Source of the DNA: Candidatus Hadarchaeales archaeon
GTDB taxonomy: Archaea; Hadarchaeota; Hadarchaeia; Hadarchaeales; WYZ-LMO6
DNA length: 64,000 nucleotides
Direction of reading: 5' to 3'
Assembly: GCA_038851755.1 (NCBI GenBank)
Contig: JAWCKR010000003.1
Span: 32,001 to 96,000 of the forward strand
Positions within the stretch are counted from its first letter, which is position 1. Every line of letters starts with the position of its first letter. Of this stretch, positions 36,281-45,687 are shown piece by piece. The position numbers were made by a program, and so were the translations under genes. The notes under the pieces are model-generated. The model made no database searches. It was not told the DNA's origin and worked only from the letters and a program-made list of their open reading frames with translations.

Positions 36281-37735
36281 GTGAGGGATGAACTGAAGCT
36301 TTCCTTCATCGTTCTGCCCGAGAGCTTCTCCCTCCCCCACACCCTCAGGGACCAGCTCTCCGGGCTTTTCAGGTACTTCCGCACCGGGGAGGTGAGCGCC
36401 GGATCTTCCTGGCCTCCCCTGGGTGTGCTCTACCTGGGCACCATCCTGCAGGAGGCCGGGTACGAGGTTTCGGTGCTCGACGCCGCCTTGCGGAAATGGG
36501 ACCTGAAGAGGGTGGAGGACTGGGTGAGGAGGGAAGACCCCGACGTGGTGGGCCTGAGCACCTTCACGGGGAACTTCGTGCACGCGGCGGAGCTGGCCCG
36601 GAGGATAAAGGAGGCCTCCCCGGACGTGAAGGTGGTCATGGGGGGCCACCACGTGACCTTCACGGCCGATCGCACCCTGAGGGAGTTCCCCTTCGTGGAC
36701 CTGGTGGTGAGGGGGGAGGCGGAGGGGACCGTCTTGGGTGTCATGAGGGCCCTGGAGGGGAGGAAGGAACTGAAGGAGCTGAGGGGAGTTTCCTACGGAG
36801 AGGACGGAAGGGTGGTTCACCTGCCTCCCGCGGATCCCCTCACCGACCTGGACGCCCTCCCCATGCCCGACAGGAGCCTCATTTTGGACGAGTACCGGGG
36901 TACCGTGGGTCCGGTGAGCTTCGGCACGGGAAGGCTCACCACGGTCATCACTTCCCGCGGCTGTCCCTTCCACTGTACCTTCTGCAGCTGCACGGCTTTC
37001 AGGGGCAACCTGTGCAAGTTCAGGTCTCCGGAGAACCTCATGGGGGAGCTGGAGGTGCTGGCGGGGGAGGGGTACCGGGAAATAGGCATGGTGGACGACA
37101 GTTTCTGCCTGGTCCGGAAGAGGGTGGAGAGGATATGCGAGCTCATCGAGCAGAGGCACCTGGAGTTCACCTGGTGGTGCGAGAGCAGGGTGGATGCCGT
37201 GAGCTACGAGATGTTCCGTACGATGAAGAGGGCGGGTTGCGAGACCGTTTTCTTCGGCTTCGAGAGCGGGGTTCAGAGGATCCTGGACTACTATCGGAAG
37301 GGAATCACTCCGGAACAGTCCGTCAGGGCCGTGCGTGCGGCCAGAAAGGCGGGGATGAACACCGTCGGGACCTTCATCGTGGGAGCGCCCACGGAGACCA
37401 GGGAGGAAGTTTCGCAGACCCTGAGGTTCGCGGAGAGGCTGGGGGTGGATGTGGTGGGGATAGGTCCTCTCTGGGTGTACCCTGGCACGCAGGTATGGAG
37501 TGAGATGGTCTCCGAGAACAGGGAGCTTGAGGAAAAGTACTGGAAGACGGGGTTCGCGCCGGTGGAGCTGGGGATGTGCGGGTACTCCGCGGAGTGGCTG
37601 GGGGAGGAGATAGGGAGGACCCTGAGGAGGTTTTACCTGAACCCTCTCTACCTCTCCGGTCAGCTGGTGAGGTGCCTGAGGGACCCCTACAGGAGGAGGG
37701 CGGTCTCCGAGAGGATTAGGTCCTGGCTCTGCTAG
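36281..37735 (+). CDS. B12-binding radical SAM protein (class B methyltransferase-like)
   Basis: PPLG..YL, GG.H.T cobalamin domain; TSRGCPFHCTFC; DD.F; GFESG. Confidence 0.9.
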   Translation: MRDELKLSFIVLPESFSLPHTLRDQLSGLFRYFRTGEVSAGSSWPPLGVLYLGTILQEAGYEVSVLDAALRKWDLKRVEDWVRREDPDVVGLSTFTGNFVHAAELARRIKEASPDVKVVMGGHHVTFTADRTLREFPFVDLVVRGEAEGTVLGVMRALEGRKELKELRGVSYGEDGRVVHLPPADPLTDLDALPMPDRSLILDEYRGTVGPVSFGTGRLTTVITSRGCPFHCTFCSCTAFRGNLCKFRSPENLMGELEVLAGEGYREIGMVDDSFCLVRKRVERICELIEQRHLEFTWWCESRVDAVSYEMFRTMKRAGCETVFFGFESGVQRILDYYRKGITPEQSVRAVRAARKAGMNTVGTFIVGAPTETREEVSQTLRFAERLGVDVVGIGPLWVYPGTQVWSEMVSENRELEEKYWKTGFAPVELGMCGYSAEWLGEEIGRTLRRFYLNPLYLSGQLVRCLRDPYRRRAVSERIRSWLC

Positions 37736-37736
37736 G

Positions 37737-38555
37737 TCACCGGAAGTACCTGCGGAGGCTCTCCATTCCTTTCCTGGCCACCTCCACGGGATGCTCGGGG
37801 TCCCAGAGCTCCGCTATGACCATCCCCCTGTAGCCCGCTTCATGCAGAGAGGAGGAGAGGGAGGAGAAGTCGATTTCCCCTTCACCCGGCACCAGGTGGT
37901 CGTCGTCCCCTCCCCTGTTATCGTGCACGTGCAGGTGCAGGAGGCTTTTTCCCATGGCCCTGATCTGGGAGCGCACGTCGAGCTTCCTTCCCTCAGCCTT
38001 CTCCCTCAGGTTGGCGTGCCCCACGTCGTAGGTTATGCCTGCCCCCACCTCTTCCACCACTTCCCTCAGCTCCGCGGGTGTGGAGAAGGGGCTGGAGGGT
38101 GTCATCCCGTTCTCCACGGCCAGCTTCACCCCCACCTCCCTTGCCCGGGAGGCCAGGGAGCGAAGGAGGGAGAGGCATTTCTGCTTGGTCAGCTCGAAGA
38201 ACTCCCGGGTGGGCACCCTGCAGGACCCGGTGTGCACCACCACGATTTCACCCCCCAGGAGGCTGCAGGCCTCCATCCCTTTCCCGGCCAGCTTTCGGTT
38301 GAGCTCGAAGACCTCGGGCAGGTGGCTCACTGGGTTCAGGTCCACGAAGCTGGTGTGGACGGAGGGCTCCAGTCCCCTCTCCTCCAGTTCCCTTCTAAGC
38401 CTCCTCAGCCTCTCCCGGTCCTCTTCCCACTGGAGGGAAAAGTGAGGGACCTCGTAGATTACCTCCAGGCACTCGTACCCAAGTTCCTGTACCAGAGGCA
38501 GGGCCTCTTCCAGCTTCCCCTTCACGAAGAGCAGGCTGGAGAGTCCGAGCTTCAT
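37737..38555 (-). CDS. Sugar phosphate isomerase/epimerase (AP endonuclease 2 TIM barrel)
   Basis: VVHTG, AVEN, DVGHA, H.HDN.G..D.HL.PG.G.ID motifs. Confidence 0.85.
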   Translation of the reverse strand: MKLGLSSLLFVKGKLEEALPLVQELGYECLEVIYEVPHFSLQWEEDRERLRRLRRELEERGLEPSVHTSFVDLNPVSHLPEVFELNRKLAGKGMEACSLLGGEIVVVHTGSCRVPTREFFELTKQKCLSLLRSLASRAREVGVKLAVENGMTPSSPFSTPAELREVVEEVGAGITYDVGHANLREKAEGRKLDVRSQIRAMGKSLLHLHVHDNRGGDDDHLVPGEGEIDFSSLSSSLHEAGYRGMVIAELWDPEHPVEVARKGMESLRRYFR

Positions 38556-38798
38556 CTGGAAGGCATCGCTGCCCGGTGCTTAAATAGTATCTTCGGTGGA
38601 GGGTGTACTTCCCCGTGCGGGAAGTGGGTACGTGGAAACGGTGGGGAGGACTCGTGGGGGTGCGAGGTCAGGGCTTGGTTTTTTTCTCGAGAAAACAGGC
38701 CCCTCGCCCCCAAAGAACAGGACCAGCCCTCCTATGATGGTCGCGAAGAGGCCGCTCCCGACCTCGATCTCTATTCCACGGTTGCCGGGATTTGCGGG

Positions 38799-39965
38799 TC
38801 AGAAACGCTTGGGGATTTCCTTGGGCCATCTGCTGAAGAGGAGGGAGGAGAGGGGGGCCCCGAGGAGGAAGAGCAGGAAGGAGGCCCACATCACCGAGGG
38901 AGGGGAGAGGGAGTACAGGTAGCCCCCCGCCGCGGTTCCCACCGAGGAGCCCAGGTAGAAGGAGAGGTCCACGAAGGCCTCCGCCCTCCCCCTCTGGGGT
39001 TGGGGGGTGAGGAGGGCCACCGAGCCCCTCTCCACCCCGTAGGTGAGGGAGCCACACAGGTTGATGATGATCAGGGAGAGGAAAATCCATGGGACGGAGC
39101 GGGTGAGGACGAGGAGGGGGGAGAGGCTCTCCACGAGGAGCAGGTGGCTGTAGAGGAAGGAGGGTGGTACCCGGCTGAGCCTCCGGCTGAGGGGGAGGGC
39201 CAGGGGATAGGCGAGGGAGGAGAGGGCCACGGCCAGCCCGAACTCCGTGAAGCTCATCAGCCCCAGGTCCCTCACCGCGTACAGCACCAGGAAGAAGTTG
39301 AACATGGCGAGGGCGCTGATGAGGAGGAAGACCCGCAGGAGGATCAGGCCCTTCAGCAGGCGGTGGAGGGAGAGGAAGTCCCTCAAGGGGTTCCAGGTCA
39401 TCCTTCCCCCCCTCCGCAGGGTCTCGGTGAGCGCCAGGAACCTCGCCGCAGCCACGGCCAGGGTCACGGCTCCCCCCATCAGGAAGGCGGTTCTGAGCCC
39501 TGGGAGGCCCCACGCGTCCCTCATCACTCCGCCCAGCACGGGGGAGAGGGAGTAGGGAAGGTGCTCGGCCACCACGGCCAGGGTGAACACTCCCAGGAAA
39601 CCCCTCCTGGCGGAGTCCATGATCATCGCGTTGAAGGCCGGCACGTAGAAGTAGGCGGCCCCCTCCAGCAGGGCGGCCAGCACGAGGTCGAAGGTACTGC
39701 GGGCCAGAGAGTAGAGGAGGAGGGAGAGGCCGAGCAGGACGGTGCCCCACACGATGGGCCTCTTCCTGCCAAACCTATCGGCCGCCAGCCCCCCTGCCAG
39801 GAAGGAGAGGACGCAGGTGAGGCTGCGCAGGGAGCTGATCATCCCCGCGAGCAGAGGGTTTCCCGTGAGGGAGTAGGCGTACTCGGAGAAGTAGGGGTAG
39901 GCCAGACCCATGGAGAAGCTCACGGCGGCGGCGGAGAGGAGGAGGGTCCTGATGTTACTCCTCAT
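38799..39965 (-). CDS. MFS transporter
   Basis: Motif A GGLAADRFGRK; 12-TM pattern. Confidence 0.88.
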   Translation of the reverse strand: MRSNIRTLLLSAAAVSFSMGLAYPYFSEYAYSLTGNPLLAGMISSLRSLTCVLSFLAGGLAADRFGRKRPIVWGTVLLGLSLLLYSLARSTFDLVLAALLEGAAYFYVPAFNAMIMDSARRGFLGVFTLAVVAEHLPYSLSPVLGGVMRDAWGLPGLRTAFLMGGAVTLAVAAARFLALTETLRRGGRMTWNPLRDFLSLHRLLKGLILLRVFLLISALAMFNFFLVLYAVRDLGLMSFTEFGLAVALSSLAYPLALPLSRRLSRVPPSFLYSHLLLVESLSPLLVLTRSVPWIFLSLIIINLCGSLTYGVERGSVALLTPQPQRGRAEAFVDLSFYLGSSVGTAAGGYLYSLSPPSVMWASFLLFLLGAPLSSLLFSRWPKEIPKRF

Positions 39966-41158
39966 CTTCTCACCAGGCGGAGGAGGAAGGGAAGGGAGAG
40001 GAGTTCTGCCGTGACCGAGAAGGAGACCAGCAGGAGGGGGGAGGGGTAGAGCAGGCCCATCAGGGCGTTGCCAGCGAAGCCCGAGAGCCCGTAGAGGGAG
40101 GAGAAGAGGCCGTAGGCGGTGCCCCTCTTACCCGAGGGGACCATCTCACCCACGGCGGCCCTCATCACGGTCTCCTGCGTGCCCATGGCTGCTCCCCAGA
40201 AGAGCACGCCTAGGAGGCACGCCCCCCTTCCTCCCCACAGGAAGGTCAAGGGGGTGATGGGGAGGGAGAGGAGGGGGATGAGGAGGAGGGAGGAGAGGCC
40301 CCTCCGGTCGTAGGTCCTTCCCGCCCAGAGGGCCAGGAGGGCGTCCGTGCCCATGGCTAGGGCGTACAGGAGGGGGACCTCGGCTTCTGAGAAGGAGGAG
40401 GTGAGACGGTAGGCCAGAAGGGGGAAGGTCAGGAAGCCGCAGGTGGAGAGGATCACGAAGAGGAGGTAGAGCCTGAAGCCTTCCTTGACCTCTTCCCTTC
40501 CCCTCTCCCTCTCCAGCCTCGAGGGGTGCGGGTAGAGCCTCCAGCTCAGGAGAAGGAAGACCAGCAGCAGGGAGGCCGGGAGGAAGAGGAAGGAGAAGGC
40601 TTCCCTGTAGCTCCTGAGGGAGAGCAGCAGGGCGAGGAGGAGGGGCCCGATCACCGCTCCCACCTGGTCCAGGGCCTCGTGCAGGGCGAAGCCCCATCCC
40701 CTTCCCACCCTGGAGGCCGCGTGGGAGAGCATGGCGTCCCTGGAAGGGGTCCTCACGGCTTTCCCCATCCTCTCCACCAGGAGGAGGAAGACGGCCAGCT
40801 CCCAGGAGCCCACCAGGAATAAGAACGGGAGGGAGAGGAGGGCCAGGTAGCCCGCGAGCGTGAGGGGCCAGTAACCTCCCCAGCGGTCGGAGAGGTAGCC
40901 TGAGAGGGGACGTAGGCCGTACCCCAGGAACTCGCCCAGGCCGGAGGCCGCCCCCACCACGGCGGCGCTCGCCCCCAGGGAGGCCAGGAAGGGACCGGCC
41001 ACGCCCCTGACCCCCTCGTAGACGATGTCCCCCAGCAGGCTCACCACTCCCAGCAGGAGGATGAACCTCAGGGCCCTCTCTTTGGCTTCTGGCACTTTTC
41101 TCCTTTCCCTAGCCGGTATAGGAGCTTTTTCCCAAGCCCATTCGAAAGCACTTTTCAA
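39962..41158 (-). CDS. MFS transporter (start uncertain)
   Basis: SL.GD..YEG, G..SDR.G, GKAVRTP.RD, ALDQ.GA, RGTAYG motifs. Confidence 0.88.
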   Translation of the reverse strand: MKSAFEWAWEKAPIPARERRKVPEAKERALRFILLLGVVSLLGDIVYEGVRGVAGPFLASLGASAAVVGAASGLGEFLGYGLRPLSGYLSDRWGGYWPLTLAGYLALLSLPFLFLVGSWELAVFLLLVERMGKAVRTPSRDAMLSHAASRVGRGWGFALHEALDQVGAVIGPLLLALLLSLRSYREAFSFLFLPASLLLVFLLLSWRLYPHPSRLERERGREEVKEGFRLYLLFVILSTCGFLTFPLLAYRLTSSFSEAEVPLLYALAMGTDALLALWAGRTYDRRGLSSLLLIPLLSLPITPLTFLWGGRGACLLGVLFWGAAMGTQETVMRAAVGEMVPSGKRGTAYGLFSSLYGLSGFAGNALMGLLYPSPLLLVSFSVTAELLSLPFLLRLVRR

Positions 41159-41279
41159 GTCTTAAGCCTAGAATTAAAGCAGCGAGAGGCCCAGAATCCG
41201 GCAGTTGCGCTGGGCTGAAAGGTGTGAAAATCCCAAATGAATAAATAATCATGAAGAGTGTTTGAGAAGAGGTTGGGTC

Positions 41280-41655
41280 ATGAGGAAGGAGGTTTACTAC
41301 TGGATGGAGCAGGCTAAGGCGGACTTCAAGAGTGCGGTTGACCTGTTGAAATCAAAAAATTTTTATGCTTCGGTGTTTTTTTCCAACCAGAGCGCCGAGA
41401 AATCACTGAAAGCACTCTACCTCAAGGAAAAAAAGAAGAGTGTCAGAACTCACAATCTCGTTTTTCTCGCGAGGGAGTTGAAAGCACCTGAGGACATTGT
41501 TAACCACTGCGCCGAACTGACGCCAGACTACCTCACCACGCGGTATCCCGATGCCGCCACCGGGCCACCTTTCGAGAGCTATACTAAGCGCCAGGAGACA
41601 TCTCGGGATGGCTGAGGAGGTGTTGAGGTGGGTGGAGAGGAGAATGAAGAAGTAA
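41280..41655 (+). pseudogene. HEPN domain protein, frameshifted near the C-terminus
   Basis: W..QA..D, F...Q.AEK.LKA, THNL, TRYPD; last helix ARRHLGMAEEVLRWVERRMKK* is in the +1 frame from 41590. Confidence 0.75.
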
Positions 41656-41942
41656 GGAGATTCGTGAAAAAGCTAAGGGAAAAGATAAGGGTCGAAAAGG
41701 TCATCCTGTTCGGCTCACGGGCGCGCGGAGATCACTTGGAGGACAGCGATGTGGATCTGATAGTGGTATCGAGGGACTTTGAGGGATTACCCTTCTTCGA
41801 GCGGATGGACAAACTGATCCTCCTATGGGAAAGTCCGCTCGATCTAGAGCTTCTTTGCTACACCCCAGAAGAATTCGAGAGAAAAAGGAAGGAAATAGGC
41901 ACGGTGAGGCAGGCTGTGAAAGAGGGGGTAGAAGTGGTTTAG
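41628..41942 (+). CDS. Minimal nucleotidyltransferase (MNT)
   Basis: LFGSRARGD...SDVDL, YTPEEF; coupled to HEPN. Confidence 0.9.
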   Translation: MGGEENEEVRRFVKKLREKIRVEKVILFGSRARGDHLEDSDVDLIVVSRDFEGLPFFERMDKLILLWESPLDLELLCYTPEEFERKRKEIGTVRQAVKEGVEVV

Positions 41943-42149
41943 AGGCATAGGGGGCGACAGGTGAGTCCCCCTCGAGACTCCCACAGAAGATTCTCTCACA
42001 TTCTTGAGGCCGACCGGCAATACACCTGGCTCCGACCTCCTCAAGCTCCTCGAGGTGTGCGCTCTGAAGTGACTTATTTGAAAGTGTTTTAGCTTATCCC
42101 GCCTTTTTCTCGATGTGCGTAGTCACTCGAGCTCGTGAGCTTTCTAGAC

Positions 42150-42324
42150 CTAGGAACCGAGGAGCCATCTCCAGAGAGGAGTGAAGTGAATCCTGCTTCC
42201 CCTGAGTTCTGCCGAGTCCTCATAGTCCCAGGTGAGAACTTCCAGCTCCTTGCATCTCAGCGTTTCCCCAGCCCGGAGTAGCCCATCAAGCTCTCTTTTC
42301 TCTACCTCGTCCTTTTCGCTAGCA
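42150..42324 (-). pseudogene. C-terminal remnant of an AAA+ ATPase (AAA_14/DUF4143 type)
   Basis: ASEKDEVEKREL..L....L.C..L.V.TWDYE...I.F.PLW.WLL matches the typical C-terminus; no Walker motifs upstream. Confidence 0.65.
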
Positions 42325-42556
42325 TTTTTACAAAAACCACGACAAAAGGTTCCAAGAGGATTAGCACTTTCAGCAAGTCTAAAAAAGATTGGGATAATTC
42401 CAAAGTAGGTTTCCACTCAGCTTCTGTTGTGACCGAGTTTTCTAATTGATTTAAGATTTCCTTCCCGAGTTCTATCTCCACCTCGTTTGAATCTGGTATC
42501 ATCAATCCGATGATTATAGCGGTCATTAAGCCCATTATTCCGATTACGTGCTTCAT
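42302..42556 (-). CDS. Small AT-rich hypothetical membrane protein
   Basis: 84-aa ORF with ATG start and two hydrophobic segments; atypical composition. Confidence 0.4.
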   Translation of the reverse strand: MKHVIGIMGLMTAIIIGLMIPDSNEVEIELGKEILNQLENSVTTEAEWKPTLELSQSFLDLLKVLILLEPFVVVFVKMLAKRTR

Positions 42557-42602
42557 GTCAATAATTCTCTTTTTTCAGTATTAAGCGCGAAAAAATATTC
42601 AG

Positions 42603-43850
42603 TTATTCCTTCTCCCCGAACGGATTCCCCGTCCTTCGTATGTTCTCCGCCACCGAGGCGTGGGGAGGGAGGACCAATCCCCTCGCGCACGTCTCCGCCC
42701 TCAGCCTCTCGATGATCCTCGGGAAGTCTATGGAGCCGGGGCAGATCTCCCTGCAGGCCCCGCAACCCGTGCAGGCGAAGAGCCCTGCCCTCACCGCCTC
42801 CTCGGGCCCCAGCACGAACCAGGTCCTGACCACCCCTATGGGTCCCGCCCCCACCCTCGAGGAGAAGGCGTGGGCCGTCTCCAGCAGGACGGGGCAGACC
42901 GAGAGGCAGGCCCCGCAGTTGCAGCAGTACAGGACCTCCTCCAGCCCCATCCTCGCGGCCTCCCTCCTCCACCCGTCCAGCAGGATCACGTGCACCTCCT
43001 TGGCCCCGTGCATCCCGAACTGCTCTATCCCCATCACGTCCGCCGTCCTGGAGGGCCCCTTGATGAAGGAGTGGTAGGCCCCGGTCACGGTCAGGAAGGT
43101 CTCGCAGGTCTTCATCACCGTGGCGGCCTCCTCCAGCGTGGGTACGATCTTCTCTATCCCGGCCACCGCCAGGTGCTTCTCCGGCAGCCTGGTGATGAGG
43201 CTGATGTTCCCCTCGTTCTCCACCAGCCCCACCGCCCCCTCCTCCGCCGCGATGGCGTTGGCTCCGGTCAGTCCTACCCTCGCCCCCAGAATCCTCTCCC
43301 TGAGCTTCCCCCTGGAGGCCCTGATGATCTCCTCCACATCCGCGGGCAGCTCCCTTCCCACCTCCTTCGAGAGGGACCTCGCCACCTCCTCCAGCGTGAG
43401 GTGAACGGCTGGGCCCACGGGGTGCAGCGGTTCCTCTCCCGCCAGCTGGATGATCCTGTCCCCCAGGTCGGTCTCCACCACCTCCACCCCTTTTTCTTCC
43501 AGCCTCTCCAGCAGGTCGAGCTCCTTCAGGGTGTTGGACTTCGACTTCACCACCACCTTCTCCCCTTCCGTTTGCTTCAGCAGGTACTCCACCGCTTCCC
43601 CGCCCGTCCTGGCTTCGAAGACCTCGCACCCCACCGCCCTCAGGGAGTCCTTCGCCTGGCCCACCAGCTCCTCCAGCCTCCCCACCGCCTCCTCCTTGAT
43701 CCCCCTGTACCTCTCCTTCATCCTCCTCAGCTTCCCCTCGTCAGCCCTCAGCCTGGAGAGGACCACCGAGGCGATCACCTTCAACGTGTCCGCCCTCCCG
43801 CTCTTCATTTCCCTCCCGAACCTCTCCCTGGTCTCCTCGTACAGGCCCAT
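42603..43850 (-). CDS. LUD-domain Fe-S protein (LutB/LldF-like)
   Basis: VKSKS..., ETDLG..I.QL...P.H...PA.H, G.TGAN..AA..G, ENEGN, GPS.TAD, two 4Fe-4S motifs, GNP.G. Confidence 0.88.
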   Translation of the reverse strand: MGLYEETRERFGREMKSGRADTLKVIASVVLSRLRADEGKLRRMKERYRGIKEEAVGRLEELVGQAKDSLRAVGCEVFEARTGGEAVEYLLKQTEGEKVVVKSKSNTLKELDLLERLEEKGVEVVETDLGDRIIQLAGEEPLHPVGPAVHLTLEEVARSLSKEVGRELPADVEEIIRASRGKLRERILGARVGLTGANAIAAEEGAVGLVENEGNISLITRLPEKHLAVAGIEKIVPTLEEAATVMKTCETFLTVTGAYHSFIKGPSRTADVMGIEQFGMHGAKEVHVILLDGWRREAARMGLEEVLYCCNCGACLSVCPVLLETAHAFSSRVGAGPIGVVRTWFVLGPEEAVRAGLFACTGCGACREICPGSIDFPRIIERLRAETCARGLVLPPHASVAENIRRTGNPFGEKE

Positions 43851-43851
43851 C

Positions 43852-44547
43852 TCATCCCTCCATCAGGTCCCTCACCAGCAGGGAGAGGTCCCTCACCTCC
43901 ACCCTGCCGTCCGCGACCTCCCTCAGGTGATGATAGCAGAAGGGGCAGGAGGTCACCAGCAGCTGCGCGCCAGCTTCTAGGGCGTCCCCCACCCTGGTGC
44001 TCGAGACGGCCGAGGAGAGTTCCCGGAAGGCCGACCTCACCCCTCCACCCGCCCCGCAGCACCTGGAGAACCCGCGGGAGAGGGACATCTCCACGAGCTC
44101 CAGCCCGGGTACGCTCTTCAGGACCTCCCTGGGTTCCTCGTACAGCCCCCATTCCCTGCCCAGGTGACAGGAGTCGTGATAGGTGGCTCTCACTTTCCTC
44201 TCCCCGAGTCTCAGCCTTCCCTCCCGCACCATGTCGCGCAGGAGCTGGGTGAGGTGGAGCACCTCCACCCCCGGCAGGGAGTACTCTTTGCGGAAGGTCG
44301 AGTAGCAGCCCGGGCAGGCCGTCAGGAGCCTCCTCACTCCAAGCCTGGAGAACTCCTCCTCGTTCTTCTTCCTCACCTCCTCCGCCTCCCCCACCTGCCC
44401 CGTTCTGAAGAGCACGGAACCGCAGCAGGTCTCTCGGTCGAAGAGGCGGAAGGGCAGGCCCAGCCTCCTGAGGATTTCCACCGTGGCCTCCGCTATCTCC
44501 CTCTCCCTGAAGGTGCTCATGCATCCCCTGAAGAACCAGAGCTCCAC
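43852..44547 (-). CDS. CCG-domain Fe-S protein (HdrD/LutA-like)
   Basis: F.GC, CCG, CPGC, YHDSC.LGR, CCG.GGG, CPFC. Confidence 0.88.
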   Translation of the reverse strand: MELWFFRGCMSTFREREIAEATVEILRRLGLPFRLFDRETCCGSVLFRTGQVGEAEEVRKKNEEEFSRLGVRRLLTACPGCYSTFRKEYSLPGVEVLHLTQLLRDMVREGRLRLGERKVRATYHDSCHLGREWGLYEEPREVLKSVPGLELVEMSLSRGFSRCCGAGGGVRSAFRELSSAVSSTRVGDALEAGAQLLVTSCPFCYHHLREVADGRVEVRDLSLLVRDLMEG

Positions 44548-45687
44548 CTATCCCCACCTCTCCAGCAGGAACTCCACCAGGTCCATCACCCTGAGGTTGT
44601 AACCGAAGGCCTCGGCCGCCTCCTTCAGCTGCCGCAGGCAGAAGGGGCAGGCGGTGACCATTACTTGGGCTCCAGTCTCCCTCGCCTCTTCCAGCCTCCC
44701 CCTGGCCACCTGCTTGGAAGCGTCAGGATAGCCGGCCCTGAAGCCACCTCCCGACCCGCAGCACCAGGAGTTCTCCCTGTTCCTGGGCATCTCCACGAGT
44801 TCCACCCCGGGGAGGGAGGAGAGCAGTCTCCTCGGCTCCTCGTACACGCCCATGTGCCTCCCCAGGTGGCAGGGATCGTGATAGGTCACCCTCACCTCTT
44901 CCCCCCCCTCCAACCTCAGCCTCTTCCTCTCCCTTTCAAGTAGCTGCACGAGGTGCAGGACCTCCACGTCCGGCTCCACCCCCAGCTCGGGGTAATCGCT
45001 CCTCCAGGCCCTGTAGCATCCGGGGCAGTTCACCACCACCGTCTTCGCCCCCCTCCTCCTCACCTCCTCCAGGTTGTGCCTGGCTATTCCTTCCACCCTC
45101 TCCCCGTCCACCTCCCCCTGCCCCGTCCTGAGGAGGAAGGAACCGCAGCACCACTCGTCCCTGGGGAGCGTGAACTCCATCCCCATCCTCCCCAGCAGCT
45201 CCACCACCCCCCTCGCCAGTTCCTTCTCCCGGTAGGAGGAGGTGCAGCCCACGAAGTAGACCAGGGGGGCCTTCTCGGGGAGGTTCGTCCCGGGGGGGAG
45301 CCAGGAGAACCTGCCGGCGTGGGGCTCCAGGTAGGGGTTGTGCTCCTTCGCCACATGACCTCCCCTCTCCGCGTACTTGGGGGGAAGGAACCCCCTTTCC
45401 CGCAGTCTTCCCCTGGCCGCTTCTATCGCTTTCGAGGGTCCCGCCCCCACGGGACAGACCGCGTCGCAGTTCCCGCACAGGATGCAGGAGAACATCCTCT
45501 CCGCCAGGGAGGGTGAAGGGGAGAGGTCCCCGCGGAGCAGGTGGGCGCAGAGGGCCATCCTCCCCCGCGGTGCCTTGGATTCGATCCCCCAAAGCTCAAG
45601 GGAGGGGCACTGGGTGCGACAGAGACCGCAGGCGGTGCTGGAGCTCATGCAGGCGTTGACCTTGGTGCGAAGCTCCTCCAGCCTCAT
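44548..45687 (-). CDS. HdrD/GlcF-like Fe-S oxidoreductase (2 ferredoxin motifs + 2 CCG domains)
   Basis: Ferredoxin motifs, NPY..., two CCG domains; start ATG 45687 overlaps the upstream stop. Confidence 0.88.
   Translation of the reverse strand: MRLEELRTKVNACMSSSTACGLCRTQCPSLELWGIESKAPRGRMALCAHLLRGDLSPSPSLAERMFSCILCGNCDAVCPVGAGPSKAIEAARGRLRERGFLPPKYAERGGHVAKEHNPYLEPHAGRFSWLPPGTNLPEKAPLVYFVGCTSSYREKELARGVVELLGRMGMEFTLPRDEWCCGSFLLRTGQGEVDGERVEGIARHNLEEVRRRGAKTVVVNCPGCYRAWRSDYPELGVEPDVEVLHLVQLLERERKRLRLEGGEEVRVTYHDPCHLGRHMGVYEEPRRLLSSLPGVELVEMPRNRENSWCCGSGGGFRAGYPDASKQVARGRLEEARETGAQVMVTACPFCLRQLKEAAEAFGYNLRVMDLVEFLLERWG

Noticed and set aside
37791-40049. Very long alternative-frame or antisense ORFs (e.g. 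752 aa here, also 448-1647, 12819-14261, 27288-28904, 42660-44252)
   Set aside because: Shadow ORFs of well-supported genes, caused by high GC3 and scarce stop codons; low-complexity translations with no motifs.
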